Below, piece by piece: positions 39,975 through 53,055 of a stretch of DNA of 64,000 nt. A model generated the notes under the pieces. It saw only the letters and a list, made by a program, of their open reading frames with translations, was not told where the DNA came from and made no database searches. Every line of letters starts with the position of its first letter. Position 1 is the first letter of the stretch. Position numbers and translations under genes: made by a program. Source of the stretch: Octopus bimaculoides. Its lineage: Eukaryota. Where the stretch lies: assembly GCF_001194135.2 (NCBI RefSeq), contig NC_068997.1, positions 41,104,897-41,168,896 on the forward strand, given 5' to 3'.

Positions 39975-40292
39975 TTCCCTCCCCTGGAAATTTTTGAGCC
40001 TTGTGCTTACAATAGAAAGGATTATTATTATTATTATTATTGAGTGAGAGGGCAGTGCATGCCATCAAAGTGACACTGGGGTAAAATATATGAAGCCCAG
40101 TATATCCATCATGACTACCCGTTTGATGAGGGTACACCAGGCACATGCATCACAACCATATGTGCGCAACATGGTGATCTCATATCAAGATAAACAGCAC
40201 ATGACCTTGCAGGTGGGGCCCAGTTAGAATTTTCTTCAGGTTGAGTAACCCATCCTGTTATTAATTGCTGCCCTTGTCGCAAAATTTGAAAC

Positions 40293-40331
<39 letters not shown>

Positions 40332-41210
40332 GCTGGCAGAATCGTTAGCACGCTGAATGAAATGCTTAGTGGTATTTTGTCCATCGCTATGTTCTGAATT
40401 CAAATTCCACCAAGGTCAGCTTTGCATTTCATTCTTTTGAGGTCAATAAAATAAATACCAGTTGTGTTACTGGGTTTATCTAATCAACAATCCACCCCAA
40501 CAAAGTTCAGGCCTTGTGTCTATAGTGGAAAGGATTATTATTATTATTATTAAGGCAATGAACTGGCAGAAGCATTAGTGCATTGAAAAAAAATGCTAGG
40601 GGACATTTCTTCTCACTTTTTATGTTCTGAGTTCAAATGCTGCTGAGGTTGACTTTGTTTTTAATCCTTTTGGGGCTGAATAAAATAAGTACCAGTTCCA
40701 TACTCAGGTTGATATAACTGACTTGCCCAACCATCTCATGAAATTGCTGGTTTTGTACCAAAACCAGAAATTAATCATCCATCATCATCATCTACTGGAT
40801 TGGCAAAATTTGTTAAAGAATAGGATGGTATGTCTTCCAGTTTCTGTGTATAGCTCATTCCATACTGATTTTAAATTCTGTCAAGGTCAGCTTTGATTTT
40901 TCATTTTTGTGGATTAATAAAATAAAGCACGATTCAAATATTGGAATTAATTCAATTGACTAACCCCCTTCCCTCAATGCTGGCCTTGTGCCTCAAGCTG
41001 GCAGAATTGTTAACACGCCAGACAAAATGCTTAGCGGCCTGAGTTCAAATTCTGTTGAGATCGACTTCACCTTTCATCCTTTCAGGGTCGATAAAATAAG
41101 TACTAGTTGAACAGTGGAGTCAATGTTATTGACTAACCCCTCCCTGAAAACTTCAGGCTTTGTGCCTATAGTAGAAAGGATTATTATTATTATCATTATC
41201 ATCATCATCA

Positions 41211-41270
<60 letters not shown>

Positions 41271-41714
41271 GGGGTACTGGTGTATAGCAAAAGCATTAAA
41301 ATGCTGGTCTTTGTTCCCTACAATATTTAGTATTTTCTCTTTACTGTCTGAATCAAATTCCAGAGGAACCAACTTTGATCATTCACCCTTCAGAAATTAC
41401 TAAAAGAAACACCAGTAACATACCAAGGTCTTCCTATGTAAGCACTTTTGCTCTACCCTAAACTTTGTGTCCTTGTATGAATATAAAAACAAGGATTAAT
41501 AATAATAATAATGGTTTCAAATTTTGGAACAAGGCCAGTAATTTCAGGGGAGAGTAAGTCGATTACATTGACCCCAGTGGTACTTATTTTATCCACCCCA
41601 TGAATGATGAAAAGCAAAGTCAGCCTTGCCACAATTTGAACTCTGAATGTAAAGCCAGACAAAATACCTCTAAGCATTTTGTCTGATGTACTAACAATTC
41701 TCCCAGCTCACCAC
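39975..41714. mobile_element. Cluster of family A SINEs: about five + copies, two + 3' fragments and one - copy at 41508-41714, plus an unrelated interspersed repeat at 40042-40256
   Basis: Repeated heads (gctggcagaa) at about 40332, 40552, 40795, 40995 and 41271, separated by (ATT)n tails. Confidence 0.75.
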
Positions 41715-42388
41715 GTTAACAAAATACTATTGTTTTTTAACATAAAAATAAGATTTACTTGTTTGGTACTTTATTCTTTTGAGCCTAGAAGGCTGAAAAG
41801 CAAAGTTGACCGTATCAGACTAAAACCTGCAAGGTATTGTGACTCCATTTTATTCCAATTCCACCAATGCATGTTATTCGGCCACACAAGTGATATTAAC
41901 AGAAAACATTTCTTAAATGTACATCGATTCATTTATAAGGGAATGTACTTATCTCTATATGCATCTACACACGACACACTCACACAATATATTATCATTA
42001 AGAAATATATTTTATTTCAAACTCAGAATTTTGATTTCATCAAAATAAAAAGTGAACTATAGACTTCCCTCTTTGCATTAGTAAATGGCTATGTAAATCA
42101 GAGGATAGATGTAGCTTTCTAAGTGGACAGCTTCATTTTATTTTATATTTATATTTACCTACTTTTTTTGTTTTTTTCCTCAAATATACGATATCTTTAT
42201 CTTAGCTTGTTTGGTGATTATTCACTATTTTTCATGATTGAAGTTGTGAAATACTTCATAATTATAAATGTAAGCTTCAATTTGTTACATCTACTTTATT
42301 AAATACTGACATATATATTTATTTTCTCCTATCATTTTCACTTGTATAATTATTATTATTGTTGTTGTTCTTCTTCTTCTTCTTCTTC

Positions 42389-42437
<49 letters not shown>

Positions 42438-42770
42438 TATTATTTTTGTAGTTCCTTCATATTTTTATTCACAAACATATCAGAAAACTTTTGCTTCAAT
42501 TTTAAAACTTATACTTCTACATCATAGCAGTTTTCATTTAAACTTAATAGATTCCTTATATAGAATCAGCATACGACAGCAGTATCTTCTTCAAAAAGCA
42601 GTAAATAATAATTCCACACATCAGATTGTTTTTGTACTGCTTTTTTTGTTGTTTTGTTTGTTTATTTTTTTATGATTTTAGAATATGTCAGTTTTCTGTT
42701 TCTGTACAGAATTTAATTTTTGAAATGTTATAATTTATTTAGATCTTTGAAATATTCTAGAAACCTGAAA

Positions 42771-42843
<73 letters not shown>

Positions 42844-42984
42844 ATATATATATTTATATATATATACACACACACATATACATACATATACACACACATA
42901 TACATATATACATACATATACTTGTTGTTTGAATTCTTTGTTTTGCTTTCTCTTGTTTAATTGGTTTGTTTTTTACTCCTTCAG

Positions 42985-43194
42985 TTCACTGACCAATCAT
43001 CTTGTATGATGTCATTCCAGCCTGTTGACATTAATATGAAACAACATTCCTCTTCCTCCCCATTACCCACACCAGTGCTGGTAGAAAGTCAGATCATAGC
43101 TATTGCAGAAGCTGCTGCCAGAGTTGCTAAAGATTCACCCGGATTTGAACCTAAAGAATTAAATTTAAAAAAACAAATAAACAGAGAAATTCAG
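42985..43194 (+). CDS. NAB: NAB coding exon, end of linker and start of NCD2 (FTDQSSC...[45 protein letters not shown])
   Basis: Acceptor ttttactccttcag, donor CAG|gtttgt; 210 nt, phase 0-0, in frame with the next exon. Confidence 0.88.
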
Positions 43195-44540
43195 GTTTGT
43201 TTTGTTTTTTTCGTTTTGTCTTTTTTTTATATATATTTCTGTTATTCTCAAAGTGCCACTGTTAGGAACTGTTTTAGTTTACCCTTTTACTAATCTTCTT
43301 TGTTTTTTTTTTATGTTAATTACCTGGGTAAATATATTTTACTTTCCAAAGGAAGAGATAAGCAAAATGAATAAGTTAGTAGGGTATCATGCAACCAGAA
43401 ATAAAACAGGTTTCCTGCTGAGAAAGGGCATGGAGAAATATCTAATGGGAAGCTGCCTCATAAACCAATGCAAGTTTGAAAAGAATTCAGATCATATTTA
43501 CATGGGGAGCAAGGAAAAAGAAGAGAGTTACTTACATAGGACAGATGTTTGAGGAAACACTTTTTACTGGTTCTTACTGGAGGGGACAGCAACAATGAAA
43601 GGATGAGTGGTAACTGAGAGACAGGTTACTCTATTAGTAACCACAAGAGAATGCACAAGAGAAGAAGTTCAACTGATAAAGAACCATGGAAGCTTTTATA
43701 GACTGTTTGTGTGTGTGTGTGTGTTACTGTTTTCTTGCCTCGACATCCAGTGGTAGTTGTGTAGTTGTAAGCAAGTGTCACTGTAATGCAAGCAGTGTCT
43801 GTTTCTGCTCTTCAATGAAAACATGTCTCGTCATGGGAAAATGTCACCTTACTTGGAAACGGGTAAAGACTGGTGATAGAAAGGGCGTTCAGCCAAAGAA
43901 AATCTTGCTCGACAAATTTTTCCAAACCGTTGCAAGCATAGAAAAGTTCACAATAAAAGAGTGATGGAAAAACAATGAAATGCAGAAGCAATGTCTTGGC
44001 AATGAGAGAGAGTTAAAGTTTAACTGCCAAATAAATAATGCTAGAAACTCACTTTTGAACTCAGTCAAGGAGAGAAAGAATGCCAGCTGAGGCACCCACC
44101 TAAATATGACAATAGTATTCTGTACTAGAGACTTATAAAGATGGAGAAAACAATTAGAGGCGAGATAATAACTAGCCAAACTGACTTGTATTCTGCATTC
44201 TGCTCATATTTTTAAGTAGGTACCACAAGGTGATATAATTCACTGTCAATATTCAGTGACAGTTGACCTCTTTGGAAAACATTCCAGAAGTACATTAACG
44301 TCGTTGGCATCTTACCAGCAGCAGTAAATTTGTTTGTTACCTTCATAACAGCAGAGAAATCAGAAGCCATCTTTAGAACAGTGGTCTGTGATTGTAAATG
44401 AAATCACCCGTTTTACTTACAGTCAAATTAAAGCATTGATTGGAAATCTTCTCCTGAAGAATATTAATAAAAAGATTAAACTGAAGAATTCAGTTTGGAT
44501 TATTTAATGAGAACTATACCTTAATACTATAGTACTACCT

Positions 44541-44740
44541 AAGGCAGTGAACTGCAGAATCATTAGCATGCCAGGCAAAATGTTTAGTGGCATTTCATCC
44601 ATCTTTACATTCTGAGACCAAATTCCACAAGGTTGACTGGCTTTCATCCTTTCAGAGTTGATAATTATTAGCTGAGCATTGGGGCCGATGTAATCTACTT
44701 AACCCCTCCCCTGAACTTGTACCAAAATTGGAAACCAATA
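44541..44740 (+). mobile_element. SINE family A
   Basis: Homology to 17445-17679. Confidence 0.75.
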
Positions 44741-45756
44741 TTGTAGTACTACCTTCCTAGAATAAACCAAGATGAAATAGAGGCTTGTCTAGGTACTCTC
44801 TGGAAATGTACATAGCTCTGTGTACTTAAACTATCAATTACCTTGACTTCGACAAGATGATTTTTTTTTTTTATAATTACTTGAACTTGTGGCTCTCTCA
44901 AAGCTCATATGGTTTGAATAAATCTGCTAAGTTATATTTTTTACCCCTGCATGATTAAATAAAGGGTGACCAAGAGCAAATTGTCTGTTCTGTTCAGCTG
45001 TGTAGGATTGAGAAAATGATGAGACATGAAAAATAACAACTAAATAATAATGATAATTTTTAATAATATCCACTTAATTTCTCTATATAGATAATCATGT
45101 AAATACCTTAATGTATACACATTTTGTCTGCTGTAGACATCGAATACTTATTTTTCTAAATCAGTGAACCTTTTTTTTAGAATGTATAAGATTTATAAAT
45201 ATGATCTTTTGAGAAGTGGAAGTTGATATTTTGTAGGGATTCATAGATAAAACCTGAATTTAAAGTATGTGTGTGTGAGTGGTGATTTATATAAATTTTT
45301 ACATTTACATCTCGTTGGAATAAATATTCCTTGAACCCTATTCATGTCTAAGATTGCTTCCTTTCTTGAAAACTATATCATGTCAAAGATTTCACCATTT
45401 TCAATATAATGACTGACTACCGTTTTCAGTTTTTACAATTAAAACTAGCACTGGTATTGACTGTGACAGAGAGAGAGAGGGGGGGAAGAGAGTGATGTGG
45501 GGTGTAGTCCACTTGGGTGTTTAAAATTTTTATGTTCTGAGTCAATGGAGAAAGTAATAACAGTATACTTAGGTTGTGTCTGTTGACGATACTTTCTCCT
45601 CTACTACAAAAATTGGCCTTATTGTTGGCACTACTATCTTTCATTCCATTGTAGCAGCCATACTTGCTGAACGTATGTCAGTTTTTGTTGTTTTGCTAAG
45701 CTGTGCATTTTTTGTAGATTGTTTTCACTGATAAGATTTGTTGATTTTCCTTACAG

Positions 45757-45876
45757 ATGGTAATGACCATGTCACCTGAAGATCCAAACAGAATGGAGGA
45801 ATTAAGAAAGTATGCTGCAATCTATGGACGGTTTGACTCCAAAAGGAAAAATGATAAACCAATGTCACTGCATGAG
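45757..45876 (+). CDS. NAB: NAB coding exon, NCD2 core ([40 protein letters not shown])
   Basis: Acceptor ttttccttacag, donor GAG|gtagga. The peptide matches the NAB1/NAB2 signature [18 protein letters not shown]...LHE. Too short for the supplied ORF track. Confidence 0.95.
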
Positions 45877-46602
45877 GTAGGAACCATCATTACAAAGCCC
45901 TGAGATGTTTATCTCAATCTGTACTAACTAAACTACATATAATACTAATTGTTTAACTATTATACTACTGATAGGAAAAATTATTGAAATAACTCATTAA
46001 TTACTGGAACATTTAAAACTAAACTGCAAAGTAATGTCAACAGATAAAACTATATTTTTAACCAATAAAATTAGATAAGATTAAGTGATATTATTTACCT
46101 CCCTAATTATGAGGATCTTATGCGAGTGGAAGGGCAGAGGCCTTTAGTTAGATGAAAGCAGGGTTAATTCAGATAGAGAAAAGCAAGTGGTCGCTAGTTT
46201 AGTTTAAGAGTTTAGAAATCGTAAAATTATGGTAAGCAGAGAGATGGTGAAGTGAATAAGATTGAAACCGTCCAGCAGGGGTTGTGCAGAGTCAGTGCAG
46301 CTGGTTAAAAAATTCTGCAGTAAATATCTGCTTCAACAAATTACACATATTTTAAAATTTATAAACCTAGGCAATCCAATGAGGACATTTAGAAAAACAT
46401 GGAAAATAGTGTTAAAAACAAATCAGAAATGTCTGCATCTATTAAATGTTGTCTATATATATATAATACTGGTATTGTTTTCTGTTTGATGTGAAAACTT
46501 GTGTAAATGTCTAAGATGAATTTGTTCAATAATAATAGAATTTTTCTGTCTCTGTAACACATCTCTAGAAATGAAATATTTTCTTAATATTTACTTCACT
46601 TC

Positions 46603-47050
46603 AAAAGGCAGCAAGCTGGCTGAATCATTACTGCACCAGACAAAATACTTAGTGGCATTTTATCTGTCTTTACATTCTGAGTTCAAATTCCTCTGAGGTC
46701 AACTTTGCCTTTCGTCCTTTCAGGGTCAATAAAATAAGTACCAGTTGTGCATTGGGGTCAAAGTTATCGACTTGCTCTCTTCCCCCAAATTGTTGGCCTT
46801 CTGCTAAAATTTGAAATCAATATTTACATCACATCAGGTGGTAAGCTGGCAGAATTGTTTGCCTGCTGGATGAAATGCCTAGTGGTATTTCATCCATCTT
46901 CACATTCTGAGTTCAAATTCCGAGGCCGACTTTGCCTTTCATCCTTTTGGGGATGATAAAATAAGTACCAGTCGAGTACTGAAGTTGATGCAATCAACTT
47001 GGTCCATCCCCCCAAATTGCTGGCCTTGTGCCAAAACTTGAATCCAATAT
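46603..47050 (+). mobile_element. Two tandem family A SINEs
   Basis: Heads at about 46603 and 46836, each followed by the full body. Confidence 0.8.
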
Positions 47051-47857
47051 TCACATCACATTTTCACTAGGTTTTGCATGGCCTGGCTCTGGATTTGTTA
47101 TCAGGTGTCTCATTCCTAGTTCTGTACATAATATTTTACTGAATTCAAACTAGGAAGTTTTATTTTTAAACAAAGGATGATAACAATTCTTATCTACAAG
47201 GCCATTGATGCATGTAGATGCACAATGAAAATTATAATCTTCTTAGATAAACATCTTTTTATAAAACTAAATTTAAAGAAAAGCTATCTTTAATGCATCG
47301 AACAAATGTCCACGATGGTGATGGCAGTGATGGTTATTCACTAAGTTTAGCATATATTTCTAGCAATTCTCCACACTGAATTCTATTTATAAGGGATTTA
47401 CTAAAGTTTACTCTTTTGAATTAACTTCTATATTTTATTACTGTCACATGTTGTTCACATTAATACTTCTTCTCTATATCTACATCTTTGTCATTTATGC
47501 CTGTATCACATGGTTGAGAAAAGCTAAATTGATCATGTCATTCTCCTTATTTAGCTATCTTTTATACTAGCGAAGAAATTACAAGGCTGTAAATTCAGCA
47601 AAACTTAGAACGCTACCCCCTCCTCTCCACTTCTTGTCAAGAGATTTTCTCGTGTTTAATATCAAGAGCAATTCTACTCAATTCATTTCTAATTCTTAAT
47701 ATGTCTGCTTTATGCTTCAACTGAAAAATTCATTTTTATTCTATTCAAATTAAATAATTTTTACTAGCAGCAATATATATATATATTATAAATATTCAAC
47801 ATCTTTTTACTCTGTTTTTAACATTTTTAATACATACATACATACATTCATACGTGC

Positions 47858-47903
<46 letters not shown>

Positions 47904-50871
47904 TTTATAATTCCAGTGTATTTATTATTTTTCATTTATTTATTATTTCTGTTCCCACCTCTTCTATTGGCACTAGTTGTTGTAAATTAATTTAATTTTT
48001 GTTTGATTTGTGAACACTGAATTATTGGTTTCCACTGTCACTTAGAGAATAATTTTTAAAAACTTTAGGAGGTTGTTTTTTTTTTGTGTTTGTTGTTGTT
48101 TGTTTATTTTTCTGCTTTTTAATCAGAGGTGTCCTTATTTATGTTTCTTTTCTTTTGCTCTCTCCATTTATGTTTCTCTGTGTTATTTTGTCTTAGAAAA
48201 AAATCCAATGAATTTCATTGGAAATGGAAAGTGAATGAAAATTACAAATAACTTGTCAAAATAGGATTCATATAAAATTTTTTAAAAAATTGCCATGTTA
48301 ATCATTAGTTTTCATAAATGATGTATATCATAAGCCTTCCCCACCCTTTTTTTTTTCCTTTTTGTCTGTATTCATTATTTTGTTGTTCATAGCTGCTCTG
48401 TTCTCTTTAGTTTCTTTGAATATATCCTTAATTATGGTAAAAAGAAAAAAGGAAAGAGGTGTGAGTCATATTGATAAATTATTGATCCTAAAACTTTATT
48501 AAATTTATTGCTCAGAGAAATAAAATTTTAAATTAAAATTGAAGAATTAGTTTGTAAGGTTAATATCTTGATTCAATATTTACAGTGTAAATTCAGTTTT
48601 TTTTTGTTTTTTATATTTTTTTTGTATTTTATTTGTTTGTTTGCTGGCTTCTCTGGTATATGTATCTGCCTACAGGAAATTGTTGACAACTGCTTTAGAA
48701 AACTAGAACATTGAGAAAATAGAGAAAGATTTATATACTCAATATTTCTTACAAATTTTATCTAGAAACATCCATTTTTCATTTTGGTGATATGGTGCTT
48801 TTTGTGTTGCTTTTTGATTTGTTTTTATTTCAAAATTCAGTTATTTACGTTTGCAATAAGATTTTTTTTCCTTTCTTTTGTGGTTTATTTATCAACATTT
48901 AGTGTTTGGTTTATTTGTTTAAGAGAATCAGTTTTAGACAGATAGCTAGATAGAATGATGTAGGTTAGCTGTTGCTTAGTCATTATTTAATTTATTTACA
49001 AAATACTGTAATAAATTATTTGCTTCAAGAAAAATATCTATTTTGATATGCTGTTGATTAAATATTCATTTTTATATGTTGAGAGAGGGGTGGTAGTTAA
49101 ATAATTGAAGCACAGGGGGTATAAGATGTACATTGCATTATTATTTTACTGTCTTCACATCGTTATATATATATATATATAATTTCAAAATAGCCTAATC
49201 ATTTCATGGTGCAAATTTAATGCGGACAAGCATATCTTACTTTTTCCGAGTCATTTCAATTTAGTTGGTCGTCGTCACTTTTAACAGTGATAATCCAGAG
49301 TTACGTCCCTTACTCACTTACCACTTGCTGGCGACAAAAAGTGAAAAATTCTGTTTTCATTCTTTCGGAAGTTCGTAAATAAAATTTGGAAAAAAAAAAA
49401 AGATAGAGAAAAAGAAAAGGAAATGAACAACAACAAAAAAGTTAAAAAAACAACAACATTGTACTTAGCTATTGTTTTCAGTTAAAGATAGAATTCTCTA
49501 ATGAATTAATTTTGATTAGAAATGTCACGCATTGAATAAAATATGACAAATCTTTCAAATTCTTAAAATCAATAAAAGAAGGGAAAAAACTGCAAAAATA
49601 ACGAATTGTACTGATTATCGTAGTGTTTCCTGCTACTTTAGATGTTTTATCACAGAGATCATTTGGTGCACAATAATCTAAAGATTGCAGAAAGTCTGCG
49701 AATAAACACAGCCCACATACATTCTTATTCTTTACTTAGTCGCTATTCAAGATCATCTAAGAAATAATTTAGTCTATCAATTCTCTGGCCTAACATTGGC
49801 AAACGGGCTTCTGGTTTTTGACGACCGTACGAGTGTGCGTGCGTCTATGTATACACGTGTTGTATATTGTGTGCGCGCATTGAGCAATGTGTGTGTACAT
49901 ACATTCGTATATAAATATGTGTATAGTCTACAGTGCACTTAAGTGACACACACACATTTTTGCTTGGTTCATTCATTGGATTGCGACCATGTTAAATCAC
50001 CCCCTTATTAAGGGTTTTAGTTCATATCAACACTAGTAATTATTTTAAAATCTAGTGTTTATGTTATCGATTTCTATTTTCCGAATTGCTGAGTTTTGGT
50101 GGGTTAGAAAGGTCATAAAATAGCCTTTTTTTTTTTTAATTGATGTCTATGTAATGGCACATACAAACAGACGCGTGCGCGCGTATAGACGGACACGGCG
50201 ATCTTGCAGTTTCTGCCTACCCGTGTCACTCAGTAAGCATTGGTCAGTCCAGGTCTGTAGTAGAAAACACTTGCTAAAGATGTCACACAGAGGGATCAAA
50301 CCCCAAAATCATTAGGCTGCAAAGTGAAATTCTCAATCACGCAGTCATGTCTGCGTCTATACACACACACTTGTATGTATGTGTGTGTGTGTGTGTGTGT
50401 GCGTGTGCGCGTGCACGCGCGGTAATGAGGCATACCAATGCCATTATCTATGTATGCATTTCTTCACATTATATACCATACCTGTACTAGTGTTTACACT
50501 TTATTCTATTTAAGGATTTTTGTCATGGGTTCACAAAAGAACACAATGCAGTATATCATGGAAGCTGTAATGCTTGAGAAAGCATGTATGGGTTTAAATA
50601 GGAATCCATAAATTCGTCTTTGTAATATATATATATTTATAAACATAATTAAGGGATCAGCAAGCATTTGCTTCGCCATATACCGAAGTTCAGAAATAGC
50701 AGCTAAAAAAGCTGAGACTCCAACAGATAGCATTACTTGTAACTCACAAAGCAAAAACAAGAAGAAAAAACAATGAAAACTAACCATTTAAAGTTAATCA
50801 TAGACGCGTTAAAAATTATTAATTGTTGATTTATTAATAAATTAATAAATTGATAAATCTTTACCCTTTTA

Positions 50872-50907
<36 letters not shown>

Positions 50908-50924
50908 TTGCACACACTCGTTAT

Positions 50925-51130
50925 TGATTTCAAACTTTGGCACAAGACCAGCAAGTTTAGAAGCAGTAAGTTGATTACATCAATTCCAATACTGGTACTT
51001 ATTTTATTGACCCTCAAAATACATGAAAAGCGAAGTCAACCTCGGCAGAATTTGAACTTAGAACATGAAGATCAATTAAATGCTTCTAAGCATTTTGCCT
51101 GGCGTGCTAACTATTCTGCCAGCTCACTGC
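50925..51130 (-). mobile_element. SINE family A
   Basis: Reverse-complement homology. Confidence 0.75.
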
Positions 51131-51543
51131 CTTTATGTCTGTTATTATTAATGTGTGTGTGTGCTTTAGTCTTCATGGCTTTTTCAAGAACTGCAAATGC
51201 ATGTGTACATATTTACCTATGACTTTCTGTTCACTTTCCATGCTGTCATGGATTGGACAGGCAGACACAGTCAGAGCCATTTCTTATTTGGAATTGCTAT
51301 TCGTGTGTCATCTGACATGACACCCACACTAGAGAGCCTGAATAGTCCTCAGTGAGACAGGAGTAAAGGGTCTTCACAACCCTACACTTTCTCTGTTCTT
51401 TTTTTAGAGGTAGGGGGTGGGTTCTGTGAATTGTATTACTCTTTGTTGGTTAAGCTTAGAAGTGATCAACCTCATACAGAAATTAGAATGCCATTCGTAT
51501 CGACTTTTTAAGAGCACAAATGTAAACAAACAAATACACACAA

Positions 51544-51575
<32 letters not shown>

Positions 51576-51674
51576 ACATTCATACACACATAAGCATATA
51601 TATATATTTATTAGGTGAAGCATTGTGAGGTATAACTTAAAAAAATGTAGTTGTGTAACGCTGGAACAATGCAA

Positions 51675-51854
51675 GAAGGTACAAAGTAAACTCTGAAAGG
51701 AAAAGAAAAGTAAACAATGTTGCAGTATTACTTTGTATTTTCATATTTTGGAGTGAAGACCACTTCTTCAGGGCATTTGGAAGAACTGGGGGTTGGGAAA
51801 GGTCTGCAACTTTCTTTTCTTTTCTTTTCCCTATGTCGTTTACTTTGTACCTTC
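51675..51854. repeat. Inverted repeat, 51-nt arms and 78-nt spacer
   Basis: gaaggtacaaagtaaac (51675-91) is the exact reverse complement of 51838-54; the inner 27 nt match at 24 of 27 positions. Confidence 0.85.
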
Positions 51855-52863
51855 TCACTTTGTTCTGGCTTCACACAACAATCTTCTTTAAAATATATAT
51901 ATTAGTATCATTATCATCATCATCATCACCATCATCATCATCACCATCATTTAACACCAGTTTTCCCTGCTGGCATGGGATCGACTGTTTGACAGTATTT
52001 GCTGATCCACAGAGCTCTGTTGTGCTCCGTGTCTGCTTTGGCATGGTTTCTATGATTGGATGCACTTCCTAATGCCAACCATTTTACAGTGAGTACTGGG
52101 GACTGTTTTTGTACCACCATCAACATTAGTGGGATTGCCTAGTAACTCTGTGTGTGTGTGTGTGTGTACAAGCACGACAGTCTATCTATGAAGTTCACTT
52201 TCTAGGTCTTGGTCAGTCCAGAGTTATAGTAGAAGGCATTCGTTCTAGGTTCTGTGCAGTGAAACTGAACCTGCAACCTCTTGGTTGGAAAGCAAACTTT
52301 TTAACCACAAGTCACATACATGGCTAGGACTCCATTATTTCTTTTTTCTTTTTTTTTTTGTTCTTCTTCTCTCTTGATGTTTACTTACTTTCTAAAAATA
52401 GTTGCGACTTCATTTTTTCCCGTTTCTCTGTAACGTAGGTTTTCACATTTGAAAAAACTAATTAGAAACTGCATTGATCCGAGTTCTAAATTATTTGTGA
52501 AACAACATTTTAATTGTTATTTGTTAATGAATTATTAATGGATCGTTCGTTAACACTGCTCAGAAAGTAACTGAAAGTTGTCTTTAGCATTCTTTCCAAC
52601 TAAACATTAATTTAATCATCTTCAGATTAAGGTGTGTACTAATAACTTTCACCTCTCCCCCCCCCACATTTATTTTTAGTAATCCTTGCCATTCTGCTTT
52701 TTCCAGTAGCAATAGCACTTACACCATGGTCAACTTTACTCTGAATATCTATTTCCATCACCCGCCTAGTAATTATTAATGTATTTTACTAGAAACATAT
52801 ATGGTATTTTGCTGCTTAATAAATATATATATTCACCTGTTATATATTTAGTTTTGCTGCTTG

Positions 52864-52898
<35 letters not shown>

Positions 52899-52965
52899 AT
52901 CTATCTATATATGTTTATATATATGTGTTTATATATATATATGTGTATATATATATATGTGTGTT

Positions 52966-52996
<31 letters not shown>

Positions 52997-53014
52997 GTAT
53001 ATACATATAATTTA

Positions 53015-53055
<41 letters not shown>

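Noticed and set aside
39975-41714. CRISPR-like repeat-spacer array
   Set aside because: Units are about 200-nt diverged SINEs in eukaryotic DNA; there are no short identical repeats or cas genes.
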